DNA of 64,000 nt from a virus (taxonomy: Duplodnaviria; Caudoviricetes). How positions within the stretch are numbered: the stretch's first letter is position 1; the number at the start of each line of letters is the position of its first letter. Below the pieces are notes generated by a model. The model was not told where the DNA came from and searched no databases. It saw only the letters and a list, made by a program, of their open reading frames with translations. Where the stretch lies: IMG/VR virus record IMGVR_UViG_3300042402_003952. One strand, 5' to 3'. This document shows, piece by piece, positions 9,064-18,227 of this stretch. The position numbers and the translations under genes were made by a program.

Positions 9064-9447
9064 ATGGGACTTTATGATGAAATTCGTTCTTCTTACAATT
9101 TGGGGGAACAATTTACCAATGTAGAAATGCAAACCAAAGGTCTTGCTTGTGCGATGTGTCGCTATTGGATTTCTCCTGATGGATGTTTGTATGAATTGAC
9201 TTATAGAGAAACTCACGACTTTGCGGAAATTAGAGAAGATGATGAACGTTATGACTCTAAAAGATTATTTTTGAATTTTGAGTGGATTCCTACAGGAAAG
9301 CATGGTAAAGTAGAACCGTGTTATGTGACTGATTATGTTGAAGTTTATCCTTCATTATGGGAAGGGAAGTGGGAAGATTGGCCACGATGTATGATACATT
9401 TCAAACACGGAAAAGTACAAGACTTTGAGGACATTACAGGGCGATGA
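9064..9447 (+). CDS. phage hypothetical protein (MGL.D.I...QTK.L.C family)
   Basis: 127-aa ORF with a motif recalled from phage hypotheticals. Confidence 0.65.
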   Translation: MGLYDEIRSSYNLGEQFTNVEMQTKGLACAMCRYWISPDGCLYELTYRETHDFAEIREDDERYDSKRLFLNFEWIPTGKHGKVEPCYVTDYVEVYPSLWEGKWEDWPRCMIHFKHGKVQDFEDITGR

Positions 9448-9761
9448 TTAGTACAGAGTTGTTTCCATATGAGAATCATCCATATCGTTTAGAGTTTGGA
9501 GAAAAGAAAAATCCTACGATCTGTTTCTTTTCTTGTGAACAGCACCTTGACAAATACCTAGAAAGGTATAAACTAGATAAGAGAACTCTTAAAATTGATT
9601 ATCGCGATGGAAAACCCATTGACACCAGTAAAAAACGTAAGGGAAGTGTGGAACAAAAACCTAAACCAAAAAGTAAAGGAAGTTCTGGTACAAGTAAAGG
9701 ACGAAAACCCAGCGTGGATTCCTCTGGAAACACTTCTCGCACTACAAAGCGTAAAAAATGA
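9444..9761 (+). CDS. hypothetical protein with Lys/Ser-rich tail
   Basis: 105-aa coupled ORF. Confidence 0.65.
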   Translation: MISTELFPYENHPYRLEFGEKKNPTICFFSCEQHLDKYLERYKLDKRTLKIDYRDGKPIDTSKKRKGSVEQKPKPKSKGSSGTSKGRKPSVDSSGNTSRTTKRKK

Positions 9762-9899
9762 ACGAGCAAACTAAACTTATTTTTGCTCTAATGCAAATTG
9801 ATAATCTCACAAGTCTTCTAGAAGGAAATGAATATCAAGATTTTTTATACAGTAAATTAATTTCCGTAAGAATTGAACTGCAGAGGCAACTGAATCATT

Positions 9900-10115
9900 A
9901 TGGAAAAACAACTAATTGACGACGCATTTTATGTGGAAGAAAAAAAGTATGGACTATGGCAATCTCACTATCCTGATGGTAAAGGTATTATCACATCACT
10001 TACTGAAGAACAGTGTGTGAGATCAACACGCTGGTATTTAAAATCAAAACAAGAAGGCGAGTTTGACAAACTTGCTGAAAAAACTTATTCTGGAGAAGTT
10101 GGAGGAAAACTTTAA
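9900..10115 (+). CDS. conserved cyanophage-type hypothetical protein
   Basis: 71-aa ORF ending YSGEVGGKL. Confidence 0.65.
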   Translation: MEKQLIDDAFYVEEKKYGLWQSHYPDGKGIITSLTEEQCVRSTRWYLKSKQEGEFDKLAEKTYSGEVGGKL

Positions 10116-10569
10116 TGGCACTACGCACTTTTACTGACAAGAATGGCAATACTTGGGAGTGGAATGAAACGCCCGAAGTTCTGGAAGTTCTTAAAAACTT
10201 TCATGCAGGAGATTACGAAGGACCTCTCTACGCACCACATCCTGACTTGAGCAATGAAAACAAGACTAAACACTAATCAACAAATGTGGGCAAATATCTT
10301 TAAATGTTCTGTTGAAAGGTCTAACATTTATTTGAAAGAAAAAGACCTTGATAGGCACGCAAGAGAACATACCACAGTTGTATTAGCACTTCAAAAAGGA
10401 GAACAGTTTTGGAAGGAACTCCTGTAGAACAACCTTATCACGTTCTTGATCATACGACTCCTTGGTACGAATGGATGTCATATCTTGAGTGTTGTCAGAG
10501 TTTGAAGATAAAACCTAGCATGAATAGATTTCTCGCTTATAATAGATACTATAAGTCTGTTATAAAGGA

Positions 10570-10785
10570 ATGAATTTTTTACGCTGGTTGTTTTCTCCTA
10601 CAGATAAAGAAATGTGTGAAGAATCTAGCATTTATTCAATTATTCTTGATTTACAAGAAAGAATTGAAACTCTGGAAGCAGAGAATATTGAAACCACAAA
10701 TACTCTTTATGAACTCATGAATTCTATTGAAGCAGTTGATGCACGTATAGATATTCTGACTTTAGAAAAGTGGAAAGATAAATAA
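10570..10785 (+). CDS. coiled-coil hypothetical protein
   Basis: 71-aa ORF, AAGGA SD. Confidence 0.65.
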   Translation: MNFLRWLFSPTDKEMCEESSIYSIILDLQERIETLEAENIETTNTLYELMNSIEAVDARIDILTLEKWKDK

Positions 10786-10821
10786 TGATGCCTGAGTTGG
10801 TGGTTCTTTTCAGGTTGGGAT

Positions 10822-10848
10822 AAAGCACCTTAAGTTAAGGGTGCTTTT
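10822..10848 (+). terminator. intrinsic terminator-like hairpin
   Basis: AAAGCACC-TTAAGTTAAG-GGTGCTTT(T). Confidence 0.7.
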
Positions 10849-10852
10849 CCTG

Positions 10853-10860
10853 TATAAATA
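10853..10860 (+). promoter_or_regulatory. T4-type late promoter TATAAATA
   Basis: exact motif 27 nt upstream of ATG 10888. Confidence 0.75.
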
Positions 10861-10887
10861 TTAATAACCACCAACTTAAGAGCAGTT

Positions 10888-11484
10888 ATGAAAGGAGTAA
10901 TTTATTGCTACCATTGTATTCCTACGGGGAAGAAATACATTGGACAAACAAAATATGAAAGAAGGAGAAAAGAACACCATAATTATATGGTGAAAAATGG
11001 TTCTAAAAGAAAGTTTTATAACGCAATTAAAAAATATGGATGGGAAAATTTCATATATGGTATAATTGAAGAATGTGATAGTAATACATTACTTCAAAGA
11101 GAAATGTACTATATTAAAAAATATGGCACTTTTAAGTGTGGATATAACAGTACATTGGGTGGTGATGGTAAATCTGGATGGAAACACACTGAAGAGACTA
11201 AGGGAAAAATTGCTAAATCAAACACTGGGAAAAAACGCTCTGTTGAGCAAAGAAAACTTTTAAGTGAGATACATAAAAATAAACCACTTTCTTTAGAGCA
11301 CAGAAAATCTATAAGCGACGCACATAAAAAAACAGGATTTGTTCCTCCTTCACATAGGAATACGAAATGGTGGAATGATGGACAAATTTCTAAAAGATCT
11401 GTAGAATGTCCAGGTTATAATTGGAGTCCTGGAAGATTGCCCTTAGGTCCTTACTTTAATAGAAAAAAATGTACGAAGAATTAG
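10888..11484 (+). CDS. GIY-YIG homing endonuclease with NUMOD3-like DNA-binding repeats (Seg-like)
   Basis: GVIYC..KKYIGQT, FYNAIKKYG, E.YYI, GYN.T.GG, HTEETK.KI. Confidence 0.9.
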   Translation: MKGVIYCYHCIPTGKKYIGQTKYERRRKEHHNYMVKNGSKRKFYNAIKKYGWENFIYGIIEECDSNTLLQREMYYIKKYGTFKCGYNSTLGGDGKSGWKHTEETKGKIAKSNTGKKRSVEQRKLLSEIHKNKPLSLEHRKSISDAHKKTGFVPPSHRNTKWWNDGQISKRSVECPGYNWSPGRLPLGPYFNRKKCTKN

Positions 11485-11651
11485 ATGATTTTGAAAAAGC
11501 ACTTGCACACTTTGGAACAAGAGTAGATATTATTATCGCACTAGAAATGGGAGGAAAACTTGATGCTGACTCTGCTTACAAAAATATTAAATCGGAACTC
11601 AAAGAACTCAAGCGAATCCGCAAACAACTCAAAAAAGATGCGGATTTGTGA
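11469..11651 (+). CDS. conserved cyanophage hypothetical protein
   Basis: 60-aa ORF, L..FGTRV.II.ALEMGGK. Confidence 0.65.
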   Translation: MYEELDDFEKALAHFGTRVDIIIALEMGGKLDADSAYKNIKSELKELKRIRKQLKKDADL

Positions 11652-11766
11652 TAAATGTGGTGAGACTAAACCACTTGACAGAGACCATTATCAGGTTGTA
11701 AAATATTTCCGTGATGGTTTCTCCTATTACTGTCACGACTGCTCTAAACCTAAACCCAGAGATTAA
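11638..11766 (+). CDS. small zinc-finger-like protein
   Basis: MRICDKCGE...YYCHDC, two CxxC. Confidence 0.6.
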   Translation: MRICDKCGETKPLDRDHYQVVKYFRDGFSYYCHDCSKPKPRD

Positions 11767-11768
11767 TT

Positions 11769-12419
11769 ATGACTTTTGATTATAAAAAGTATTCACTTGA
11801 AAATCTTGAGAACTGGATGCACGATGCGATGTCTTCTGGTGAAGCAACACCACAGGAGATTTATGATGTGATTGTTAGTGTGGTTAAGGAAAATTATTAC
11901 ATATACAAGCAAAAAACATCTCAAGCATATGAACTTCTTGCTCTTCTAAATGGTAATGGGCAGTCATATGAAGATGTAGTAAAGGAAAAAGAATACTATG
12001 AACCTTCTATGCCACCTTGGGGACATAGTGACCTTGAGTATGGACTTGCTAATTCATTCTTAACTCAAGATCGCAATAGTAATTTTCCAAATGAAAATAC
12101 TGTATGCGATAAAGATGACCCTTCACCTGAATGTAAAGGTGCTTGGAATGATTTTTGGCAAGAACACTATTATCCAGAAGAACATAAACTTCATGTAACT
12201 GAAGATGGAGACATTTATTCAGTAAAAGATAAAGTGGTGAAATGGCGACTTCCCGTTCAAGTAGATGGACTTTCTGGTGATTGTTTTGTAGAGTTCCCTG
12301 ATGATTTGCTAGAAGCAGCAAATCTAAAAGAAGGAGAAACTGTGGAATGGATTGACCGTGGAGACGGTAGTTTTGAATTGAGAAAAGTAACTAAACCCCT
12401 AGCAATGGATGAGTGTTGA
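11769..12419 (+). CDS. hypothetical protein with C-terminal AbrB/MazE/SpoVT-like domain
   Basis: FVEFPDDLLEAANLKEGETVEW...GSFELRK. Confidence 0.7.
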   Translation: MTFDYKKYSLENLENWMHDAMSSGEATPQEIYDVIVSVVKENYYIYKQKTSQAYELLALLNGNGQSYEDVVKEKEYYEPSMPPWGHSDLEYGLANSFLTQDRNSNFPNENTVCDKDDPSPECKGAWNDFWQEHYYPEEHKLHVTEDGDIYSVKDKVVKWRLPVQVDGLSGDCFVEFPDDLLEAANLKEGETVEWIDRGDGSFELRKVTKPLAMDEC

Positions 12420-12649
12420 TTATGGCATTATCGAAGCAAACTCTTGATCATATTTTGGAAGCAGAAAGTCATCTGAGAGCAGCAATTAAATCTGCTGCTA
12501 CGAATGAAAAACCACTGGTTGTAAAACAACTTTCACAACTTCTTCTTGATATGGAACAATGTAAGAAGTTTGAGGAGATTATGGATATGCTTGAAAATCG
12601 TAAACCAGGCAGTCGTGGTAATTTTGGTTCTTTCTTTGATGAAGGTTAA
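12413..12649 (+). CDS. conserved cyanophage hypothetical protein
   Basis: 78-aa coupled ORF. Confidence 0.65.
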   Translation: MLIMALSKQTLDHILEAESHLRAAIKSAATNEKPLVVKQLSQLLLDMEQCKKFEEIMDMLENRKPGSRGNFGSFFDEG

Positions 12650-12932
12650 GTTTTGTAACGACAGTATAAATACAATCTTAAGAAACATCACATTTGACTT
12701 AAATACTGTTAGGATAAGAACATAATTGCAAAAGACCTATGACTTTACCATCAAGAAAAACAAACACTCTTACCGATGCAGAGTTTGATGAAATGATGGC
12801 ACTTAAAAATGCAATTAATTATAATCCTGCGGCAGTACACCACAAAAAGCAAGAAGAATTTACTGCATATCTGGTAAGAAGTTTGAGAGAACGTGGAGGT
12901 TGATAAATAACAGAAGGTATTTTTGTAGATAA

Positions 12933-13763
12933 ATGCTTTCTGAGGGTAGAAAAAGAGACACAGCAGCAAATGCAGTTTTAGCACTTTCATTTGCTGCAAA
13001 TGCAGCACAATCTCCTCAATCATTAGTAAGATCTGGACACGATGCTGCTCCAAGTCTCCCTTTAATGGGAGAACTGATGAGAAAGAGAAAGGAAGCAAAT
13101 AGAAATTTGGATAGTGCTAGAGTATCTGAACCAGCACGTAATCGTAAGAAAAAGACTTTTAAAGAGTTTGTAGAAGAATCAGCAATAATAAGAGAAGGAA
13201 GACATTTCTCATCTAAAGATGAGTTAATGAAGTATCACGGAGGAAAACTACCAGATGGAACCTTCATTAAAAATAGAGGAACTAAAGAAGCACCCAAGTA
13301 TGGTATTGCTTCAGTTCAATCTAGAGAAAATGAGAAGGAAAGAAGAGAAAAAAGAATTAAACAAGCAACAGGACAACTAACACCAAGAGAAAAGGCAAAA
13401 GTTGAACGTAAACGTAGATTAGCAAGAGAACGTGGAGCAGAACTTCATCACGCAACTGAAATAGAAACTTCTGGCAAAGAAATGAAGGATATGTCTCCTG
13501 GTGATGTGTTGAGACATAAGAAAAAGCAAGCACAAGAGAAGAAGTATCACGGTAATGACCCCAAAAACCTAGTTGTTGCAAATAAAGGTCCAGTTTCAAA
13601 ATTCAAACCACAACAACCAGGATTTCATCATGGTAAGTTCCATGCATTTGAAAGAGGTAATCGTGAAAAACTAGGTGATATTGGTAATGCCATCACTCCT
13701 ATGAGAGCTTTCACTACTCTTGTGAATAAAGCAAGAAGAAAAACTAGAAGAGGAGAAGATTGA
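12933..13763 (+). CDS. late basic protein with internal capsid-targeting-like motif and HNH-like C-terminus
   Basis: ATAAATA at 12903; internal KTFKEFVEES; LHH...GNDPKNL...HGKFH. Confidence 0.6.
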   Translation: MLSEGRKRDTAANAVLALSFAANAAQSPQSLVRSGHDAAPSLPLMGELMRKRKEANRNLDSARVSEPARNRKKKTFKEFVEESAIIREGRHFSSKDELMKYHGGKLPDGTFIKNRGTKEAPKYGIASVQSRENEKERREKRIKQATGQLTPREKAKVERKRRLARERGAELHHATEIETSGKEMKDMSPGDVLRHKKKQAQEKKYHGNDPKNLVVANKGPVSKFKPQQPGFHHGKFHAFERGNREKLGDIGNAITPMRAFTTLVNKARRKTRRGED

Positions 13764-13788
13764 TAAATAAAAGAAAAGTTATAAAAAG

Positions 13789-14247
13789 ATGAAAACTTTT
13801 AGAGAGTTCCTAGAAGAAGCATACCTCGTTGAGATGCGTAAAGAGGATAAACTTAAAGGAGAAACGAAAACTCCTCTCCACGTAACCACAACTTCAGGTA
13901 GAGTTGTGAAAAAACCTGGAGGCGGACTAGAAGTTAAGAAATCAACAAGAAAATCATTAACACCTAGAGCAGCAACTGGTAGAATGAAGCAGGGGATGAT
14001 TGATAGAGAAACACAACCATATGCTACTCGTATGCCTGGTGCTGCTAGACACGCACAAGGTGGTGGAGGTTCTGGAGCAGCAGCACCTGGTAGATTGAGA
14101 GGTGTTGGAAAACTAGAAAAGCAAAAAATGGAGAAAACTCCAGAAGGAGAAAGAGTAAGACCATTTAGTGCTGGTCCATCACCAGCACAAAAGGTTGCAT
14201 TGAGAAGAGCAAAAATAGCACGTTCAACTGGTGGCGGACAAAGATGA
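13789..14247 (+). CDS. putative internal head protein (capsid-targeting sequence)
   Basis: ATAAATA at 13763; N-terminus MKTFREFLEEA; highly basic. Confidence 0.7.
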   Translation: MKTFREFLEEAYLVEMRKEDKLKGETKTPLHVTTTSGRVVKKPGGGLEVKKSTRKSLTPRAATGRMKQGMIDRETQPYATRMPGAARHAQGGGGSGAAAPGRLRGVGKLEKQKMEKTPEGERVRPFSAGPSPAQKVALRRAKIARSTGGGQR

Positions 14248-15209
14248 AATCTTTTCAACAGTTTCTAGAAGAAGCATATTTCATACTAGAAAAGAAAAGA
14301 CAGTATGATGACTCGCACGGATTTGATAGGTCAAAGCATCCTGACCTAGAAGTTAAGTATGACCGACCAAGAGGAAAAGACCAAAATACTAACAGAAGCG
14401 GTTCTACAACTATTCACCATAAACCTTCCGGGGTTACTTATACTATTGGTCATTCTAAAAGGCATAGTTCCGATGATGAATACGAACATATGTATGATGC
14501 TAAATTAGGTGGAAAAGCAAGAACCGCACACGGACACAAACCCGAACATAATGTTAGGTGGGAACATAGTAAGTCTAATGACCAAGATAAGATGAGTCCA
14601 GGTGAAAAGTTAAGAACTGCAAGGAACGCAAAGAGGGTTTGGGATAAGCACGTCCAACATAGAATTCCTAGTGGGCATCTGGTATCTAATGAACCAGAAG
14701 AGAACTCAAGTGATAATAGAAGAAACCCTGATAAAAATACAAGAGCATCAATTTATAAGAAGTCTGGGTTTGGAAAAGTAGATAGTTGGGGTAAGCAGTA
14801 TTCGACAAAAATTGGAAAGAAATTTCATCCAGTACATAACGATGAAGACCTAGAAGAAGCAAAGGCACCAAAATCTGATGCTCTAGAAACGATTCAAAGA
14901 AAAACAAAAGGAAGAACACCAGGAATGAAGTATGTTGTTCATACTACAAGTTCTGGTGATATTCGTGTAGATAACATTGAAGTTCCAGAGAATCAAAGAG
15001 GCAAAGGAATTGCAAAAAGAACATTTAAAGGACTTCATAACTATGCAGATAATATTGGTAAAAATGTTTCTTTGACCCCAGTTGCAAAACCAGGGTATAA
15101 AGAAAAATTAGATAAGATGTATAGAAATCTAGGTTATCGAGACCGCACACCTTCGGATAGAATTGCTGGTGCAGATACAATGATTCGTACCCCCAAGGAG
15201 AAAAAATGA
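14244..15209 (+). CDS. putative internal head protein with C-terminal GNAT acetyltransferase domain
   Basis: MKSFQQFLEEA; internal DLEEA; IEVPENQRGKGIA and KMYRNLGY. Confidence 0.7.
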   Translation: MKSFQQFLEEAYFILEKKRQYDDSHGFDRSKHPDLEVKYDRPRGKDQNTNRSGSTTIHHKPSGVTYTIGHSKRHSSDDEYEHMYDAKLGGKARTAHGHKPEHNVRWEHSKSNDQDKMSPGEKLRTARNAKRVWDKHVQHRIPSGHLVSNEPEENSSDNRRNPDKNTRASIYKKSGFGKVDSWGKQYSTKIGKKFHPVHNDEDLEEAKAPKSDALETIQRKTKGRTPGMKYVVHTTSSGDIRVDNIEVPENQRGKGIAKRTFKGLHNYADNIGKNVSLTPVAKPGYKEKLDKMYRNLGYRDRTPSDRIAGADTMIRTPKEKK

Positions 15210-15991
15210 AAACCTTTCAAGAGTTTATTTACGAATGTTATGAACTAGAAGAAAGTTCAGGTGGTGAAAGAAGTGGTAGAAGAACCAGAGGTAAGGTAAC
15301 ACTTGCTCGTGGTCGTGGTGCTGATATGACTCGTCAAGAAAGAACTACTGCTTCTATCGCAAAGAAAGCAGGTCTTAAAGGAACTGGTAAGTATTCCACT
15401 AAAGACTTGAGAACAAAGCATAAGGATTATACAACTTATGATAGTGAAGATGAGTTAGATGATATTGGAAGCACAGAGCAAGACCATTTCATCCGCACTC
15501 ATTCTTCTCCAAGAAAAGCAGCAAAAAGTGAGAGATTGATTTCAAAGATGAAGTCAGTAACAAGACCTATAATTGGAAGACCTGGAATAACGGGTAGAAC
15601 GACTGCACATAAAACTACACCTTCAAGTGAAAGTGTAAGAAAAGTGAAAGACTTAAAAAAGAATATGACTAAAGCAGGTGCAAATAAAAGAGGTGAAGTT
15701 CACACTGTAGATATTATGCACCGTGATAGTAACCTTGGTAAGGGTGATAGGCACCAGCAAATGGAAAGGGGTAGAAACTTTATTCAAGCAGTGAAGGATA
15801 CTCCAAAGCATTTGAAAGCAGCAGGAGCAAAAAAAGGTGATGCTGTTGTCGGAAAACCAACTGCTGTTATGCCTGGTGAAGACAAGAAAACTGGTGAAGC
15901 AAAAAGAGCAAAACTTTATAAGAAAGCATTCGGCAAAAAGAGCACTGAAAAGTCCACAAAAACTGGATTGATGGTTGGTAAATCAGACTAA
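15206..15991 (+). CDS. putative internal head protein, possible degenerate GNAT C-terminus
   Basis: MKTFQEFIYE; basic; RAKLYKKAFG. Confidence 0.6.
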   Translation: MKTFQEFIYECYELEESSGGERSGRRTRGKVTLARGRGADMTRQERTTASIAKKAGLKGTGKYSTKDLRTKHKDYTTYDSEDELDDIGSTEQDHFIRTHSSPRKAAKSERLISKMKSVTRPIIGRPGITGRTTAHKTTPSSESVRKVKDLKKNMTKAGANKRGEVHTVDIMHRDSNLGKGDRHQQMERGRNFIQAVKDTPKHLKAAGAKKGDAVVGKPTAVMPGEDKKTGEAKRAKLYKKAFGKKSTEKSTKTGLMVGKSD

Positions 15992-16049
15992 AAGACACTC
16001 CTTGAACTGTCCCCGAGACCCCGCAAGGGGTCTTTTTTTGTGCTATACT
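15992..16049 (+). promoter_or_regulatory. early promoter element copy 4 with embedded terminator
   Basis: AAGACA-N10-TGTCCC, 30 nt containing GACCCC-GCAA-GGGGTC-T7, TATACT. Confidence 0.8.
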
Positions 16050-16069
16050 ACTTGAAACACACGAATCTT

Positions 16070-16477
16070 ATGGAACTTACAGTTGTAGCAATCAAACGTG
16101 AAGATGGTTTGTATCACTTTGACCATTCTCATAATGATACAGTTGAAGAACTTCTTTTGAATGGAACTGAAGAAGCAATTGATGATCATTGCTACTTCAA
16201 GACTGGAAAGTATCCGATTGAAGGTGATGAAGTTGAGATTTCTCTCTTCCTTGAAGAACCTTCTGATTATGATACTCTTCTGGTGAAAGAAGTATCCGAT
16301 GAAGAAGGCACGACTTATACTGATACGACGATGTGTCTTCCTGTTTGGTTGTGCCCTTGGTTGCAGGGATACTTTGGTGAAGTTCCTGATGAGATTTACA
16401 TTAAAGTGCGTCCAATTAACAAAGGTCTTGAGAGTTTCGTTGCTACTACTGGTATGAGAGGTTTTTTGAATAAATAA
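16070..16477 (+). CDS. DUF6717-like protein
   Basis: C-terminal WLCPWLQGYFGEVPDEIYIKV; ATG 16070 lies downstream of the promoter. Confidence 0.6.
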   Translation: MELTVVAIKREDGLYHFDHSHNDTVEELLLNGTEEAIDDHCYFKTGKYPIEGDEVEISLFLEEPSDYDTLLVKEVSDEEGTTYTDTTMCLPVWLCPWLQGYFGEVPDEIYIKVRPINKGLESFVATTGMRGFLNK

Positions 16478-16493
16478 AAGAAAAAGTAGTCAA

Positions 16494-16652
16494 ATGAAAC
16501 CAACACCAAGAGAATTGCAGGAAACTTATAAGACCTACGAGAGTGTTGTAGAGCATTTAATTTCAGAAGGTTATGCAGAGGATAAAGAATCTGCAGATAA
16601 GATTATTGAAGGTATGAGTGAAACCTGGTACAAATTTATAGTTAAAGAATGA
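16494..16652 (+). CDS. 52-aa late protein: stand-alone L..EGY...MSE.W module
   Basis: ATAAATA at 16470; hand translated ...HLISEGYAEDKESADKIIEGMSETWYKFIVKE. Confidence 0.65.
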   Translation: MKPTPRELQETYKTYESVVEHLISEGYAEDKESADKIIEGMSETWYKFIVKE

Positions 16653-16828
16653 AATTTCCTTTTGACCACATAGTAAAAGTACAAGAAAAAGAAATTTGGT
16701 TAAGATGCGAGAGTGCTAATACTGCCATGGGTATTAGCACTCTTGTAAATAAGTTTTATCCAGGATTTACTGCAAAAATATGCAGTGAAGATCACTTAAA
16801 TACACTGAAGAACCAGTTGGCGAACTGA
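16649..16828 (+). CDS. small hypothetical protein
   Basis: MKFPFDHIVK..., 59 aa, ATGA-coupled. Confidence 0.6.
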   Translation: MKFPFDHIVKVQEKEIWLRCESANTAMGISTLVNKFYPGFTAKICSEDHLNTLKNQLAN

Positions 16829-16867
16829 CCACTGACCTCACCCAGGGCACCGATCCCGTGCTATGAT
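16810..16867 (+). promoter_or_regulatory. early promoter element copy 5
   Basis: GAACCA-N10-TGACCA, 30 nt, TATGAT. Confidence 0.7.
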
Positions 16868-16890
16868 TACTAGGTAATCGAAAGAGATCA

Positions 16891-17109
16891 ATGGAAGTCC
16901 TTGAGTTCACCGATTCTTCTGCTATTGCAAAGATTCAGTTTGATGATGAGCAAAGTCAAGTTGGTGTAGCATATACTTATAAACCAGATCACTTTTATAT
17001 TTTTGGTTGCGAAGACCTAGATTATGTTCGTCTTCATATCAAAACTGTTGAGAGTGTGGGTAAGTTTATTGCTCAAATGAAAAAGGAAGGAACATTGCAG
17101 AGTATTTAA
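16891..17109 (+). CDS. KTSC-like domain protein
   Basis: DSSAI..I.F....V.V.Y...Y.F....ESVGKFI. Confidence 0.6.
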   Translation: MEVLEFTDSSAIAKIQFDDEQSQVGVAYTYKPDHFYIFGCEDLDYVRLHIKTVESVGKFIAQMKKEGTLQSI

Positions 17110-17421
17110 TGGAAGGATTTATTGTGGGGGATGGTTCTTATGCTGCCATCCCTTTTGGTGCAAAGGGATATATTATTATTCATAACGGACAACAACTTGA
17201 AAAACTATGCAGAACTGAAGCATCTGCAAAAAAATATATAAACGATCATAAAAGGGGAAAGTCTCTTGCAGAACTTCCCGTATGACGTTTATTTTATGGT
17301 ATCTCGGAGGGTTGGTAACTGCTCTCTTGTTTAACTATGCTTTACATCAACCGAATAAAGAATATGAAAAGCGGTTGAAAAAACTTGAAGAAAAACTCTA
17401 TCACAACTTTGAAAATTAATT

Positions 17422-17613
17422 ATGAAAACTACTACTGCTATTGGTATTACTTTTGGTGTAATTGTCCTTGTTGTTGCGGGACTTCTTTTTGAAGCGTGGT
17501 TGCTTGGTTTGATTCTATCTTGGTTTGGTGTTAATCTTACGATCTGGCAAACTTTTGCTATGATCTTTCTTGCTAATCTTATTTTCAAAAATACTGGAGT
17601 ATCTTCTAAATGA
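17422..17613 (+). CDS. small membrane protein
   Basis: 63 aa, two hydrophobic segments. Confidence 0.65.
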   Translation: MKTTTAIGITFGVIVLVVAGLLFEAWLLGLILSWFGVNLTIWQTFAMIFLANLIFKNTGVSSK

Positions 17614-18017
17614 AAAATCAAAATGGATTTATTGATCCTGCTGTTGCTCTGATTGCAGTTGGTGCTGTTGTCGTTGGTGGTCTCATCTTTATTGGTGGTC
17701 CCCAATACAACGTATGGCAACAATCTCTTGCTGGTAAAGCAGAACTGCAGAAGGCAGAATATACTCGTCAGGTTGCAGTTCTGGAAGCACAAGCAAAGAA
17801 AGATTCTGCACAGCAACTTGCTGATGCTGAAATCATCCGTGCTCAAGGTGTTGCCAAGGCAAACCAAATCATTGGTAATTCATTGAAAGATAATCGTGAG
17901 TATCTTCAGTATCTGTATATCACGGGCATTGAAGATGGTAGCAAGAATGGTAATGTGACCATTTATGTACCTACCGAAGGTGGTCTTCCCGTTCCTACAC
18001 TCCAAATGAACAAATGA
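17610..18017 (+). CDS. membrane-anchored SPFH/band-7-related phage protein
   Basis: N-terminal TM, then YNVWQQ...AEIIRAQGVAKANQII...YLQYL. Confidence 0.6.
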   Translation: MKNQNGFIDPAVALIAVGAVVVGGLIFIGGPQYNVWQQSLAGKAELQKAEYTRQVAVLEAQAKKDSAQQLADAEIIRAQGVAKANQIIGNSLKDNREYLQYLYITGIEDGSKNGNVTIYVPTEGGLPVPTLQMNK

Positions 18018-18227
18018 ACCGAAATCGTAAGTATGTCATCGCTGGATTGACTGTCTTTGCATTTATTCTTGGTTGGAATGTCTTTTTAATCCAACGCGAT
18101 GAGCGAATGTATGATGCTTATTATCATTCTACATCAGTAGAGAATCTAAAGAAAATACCCTCTGATAAAATCAATTGACTTTTTATCAGAGAAACTTTAT
18201 ACTATTTTTGTTAAGCAAACGAGGTTA

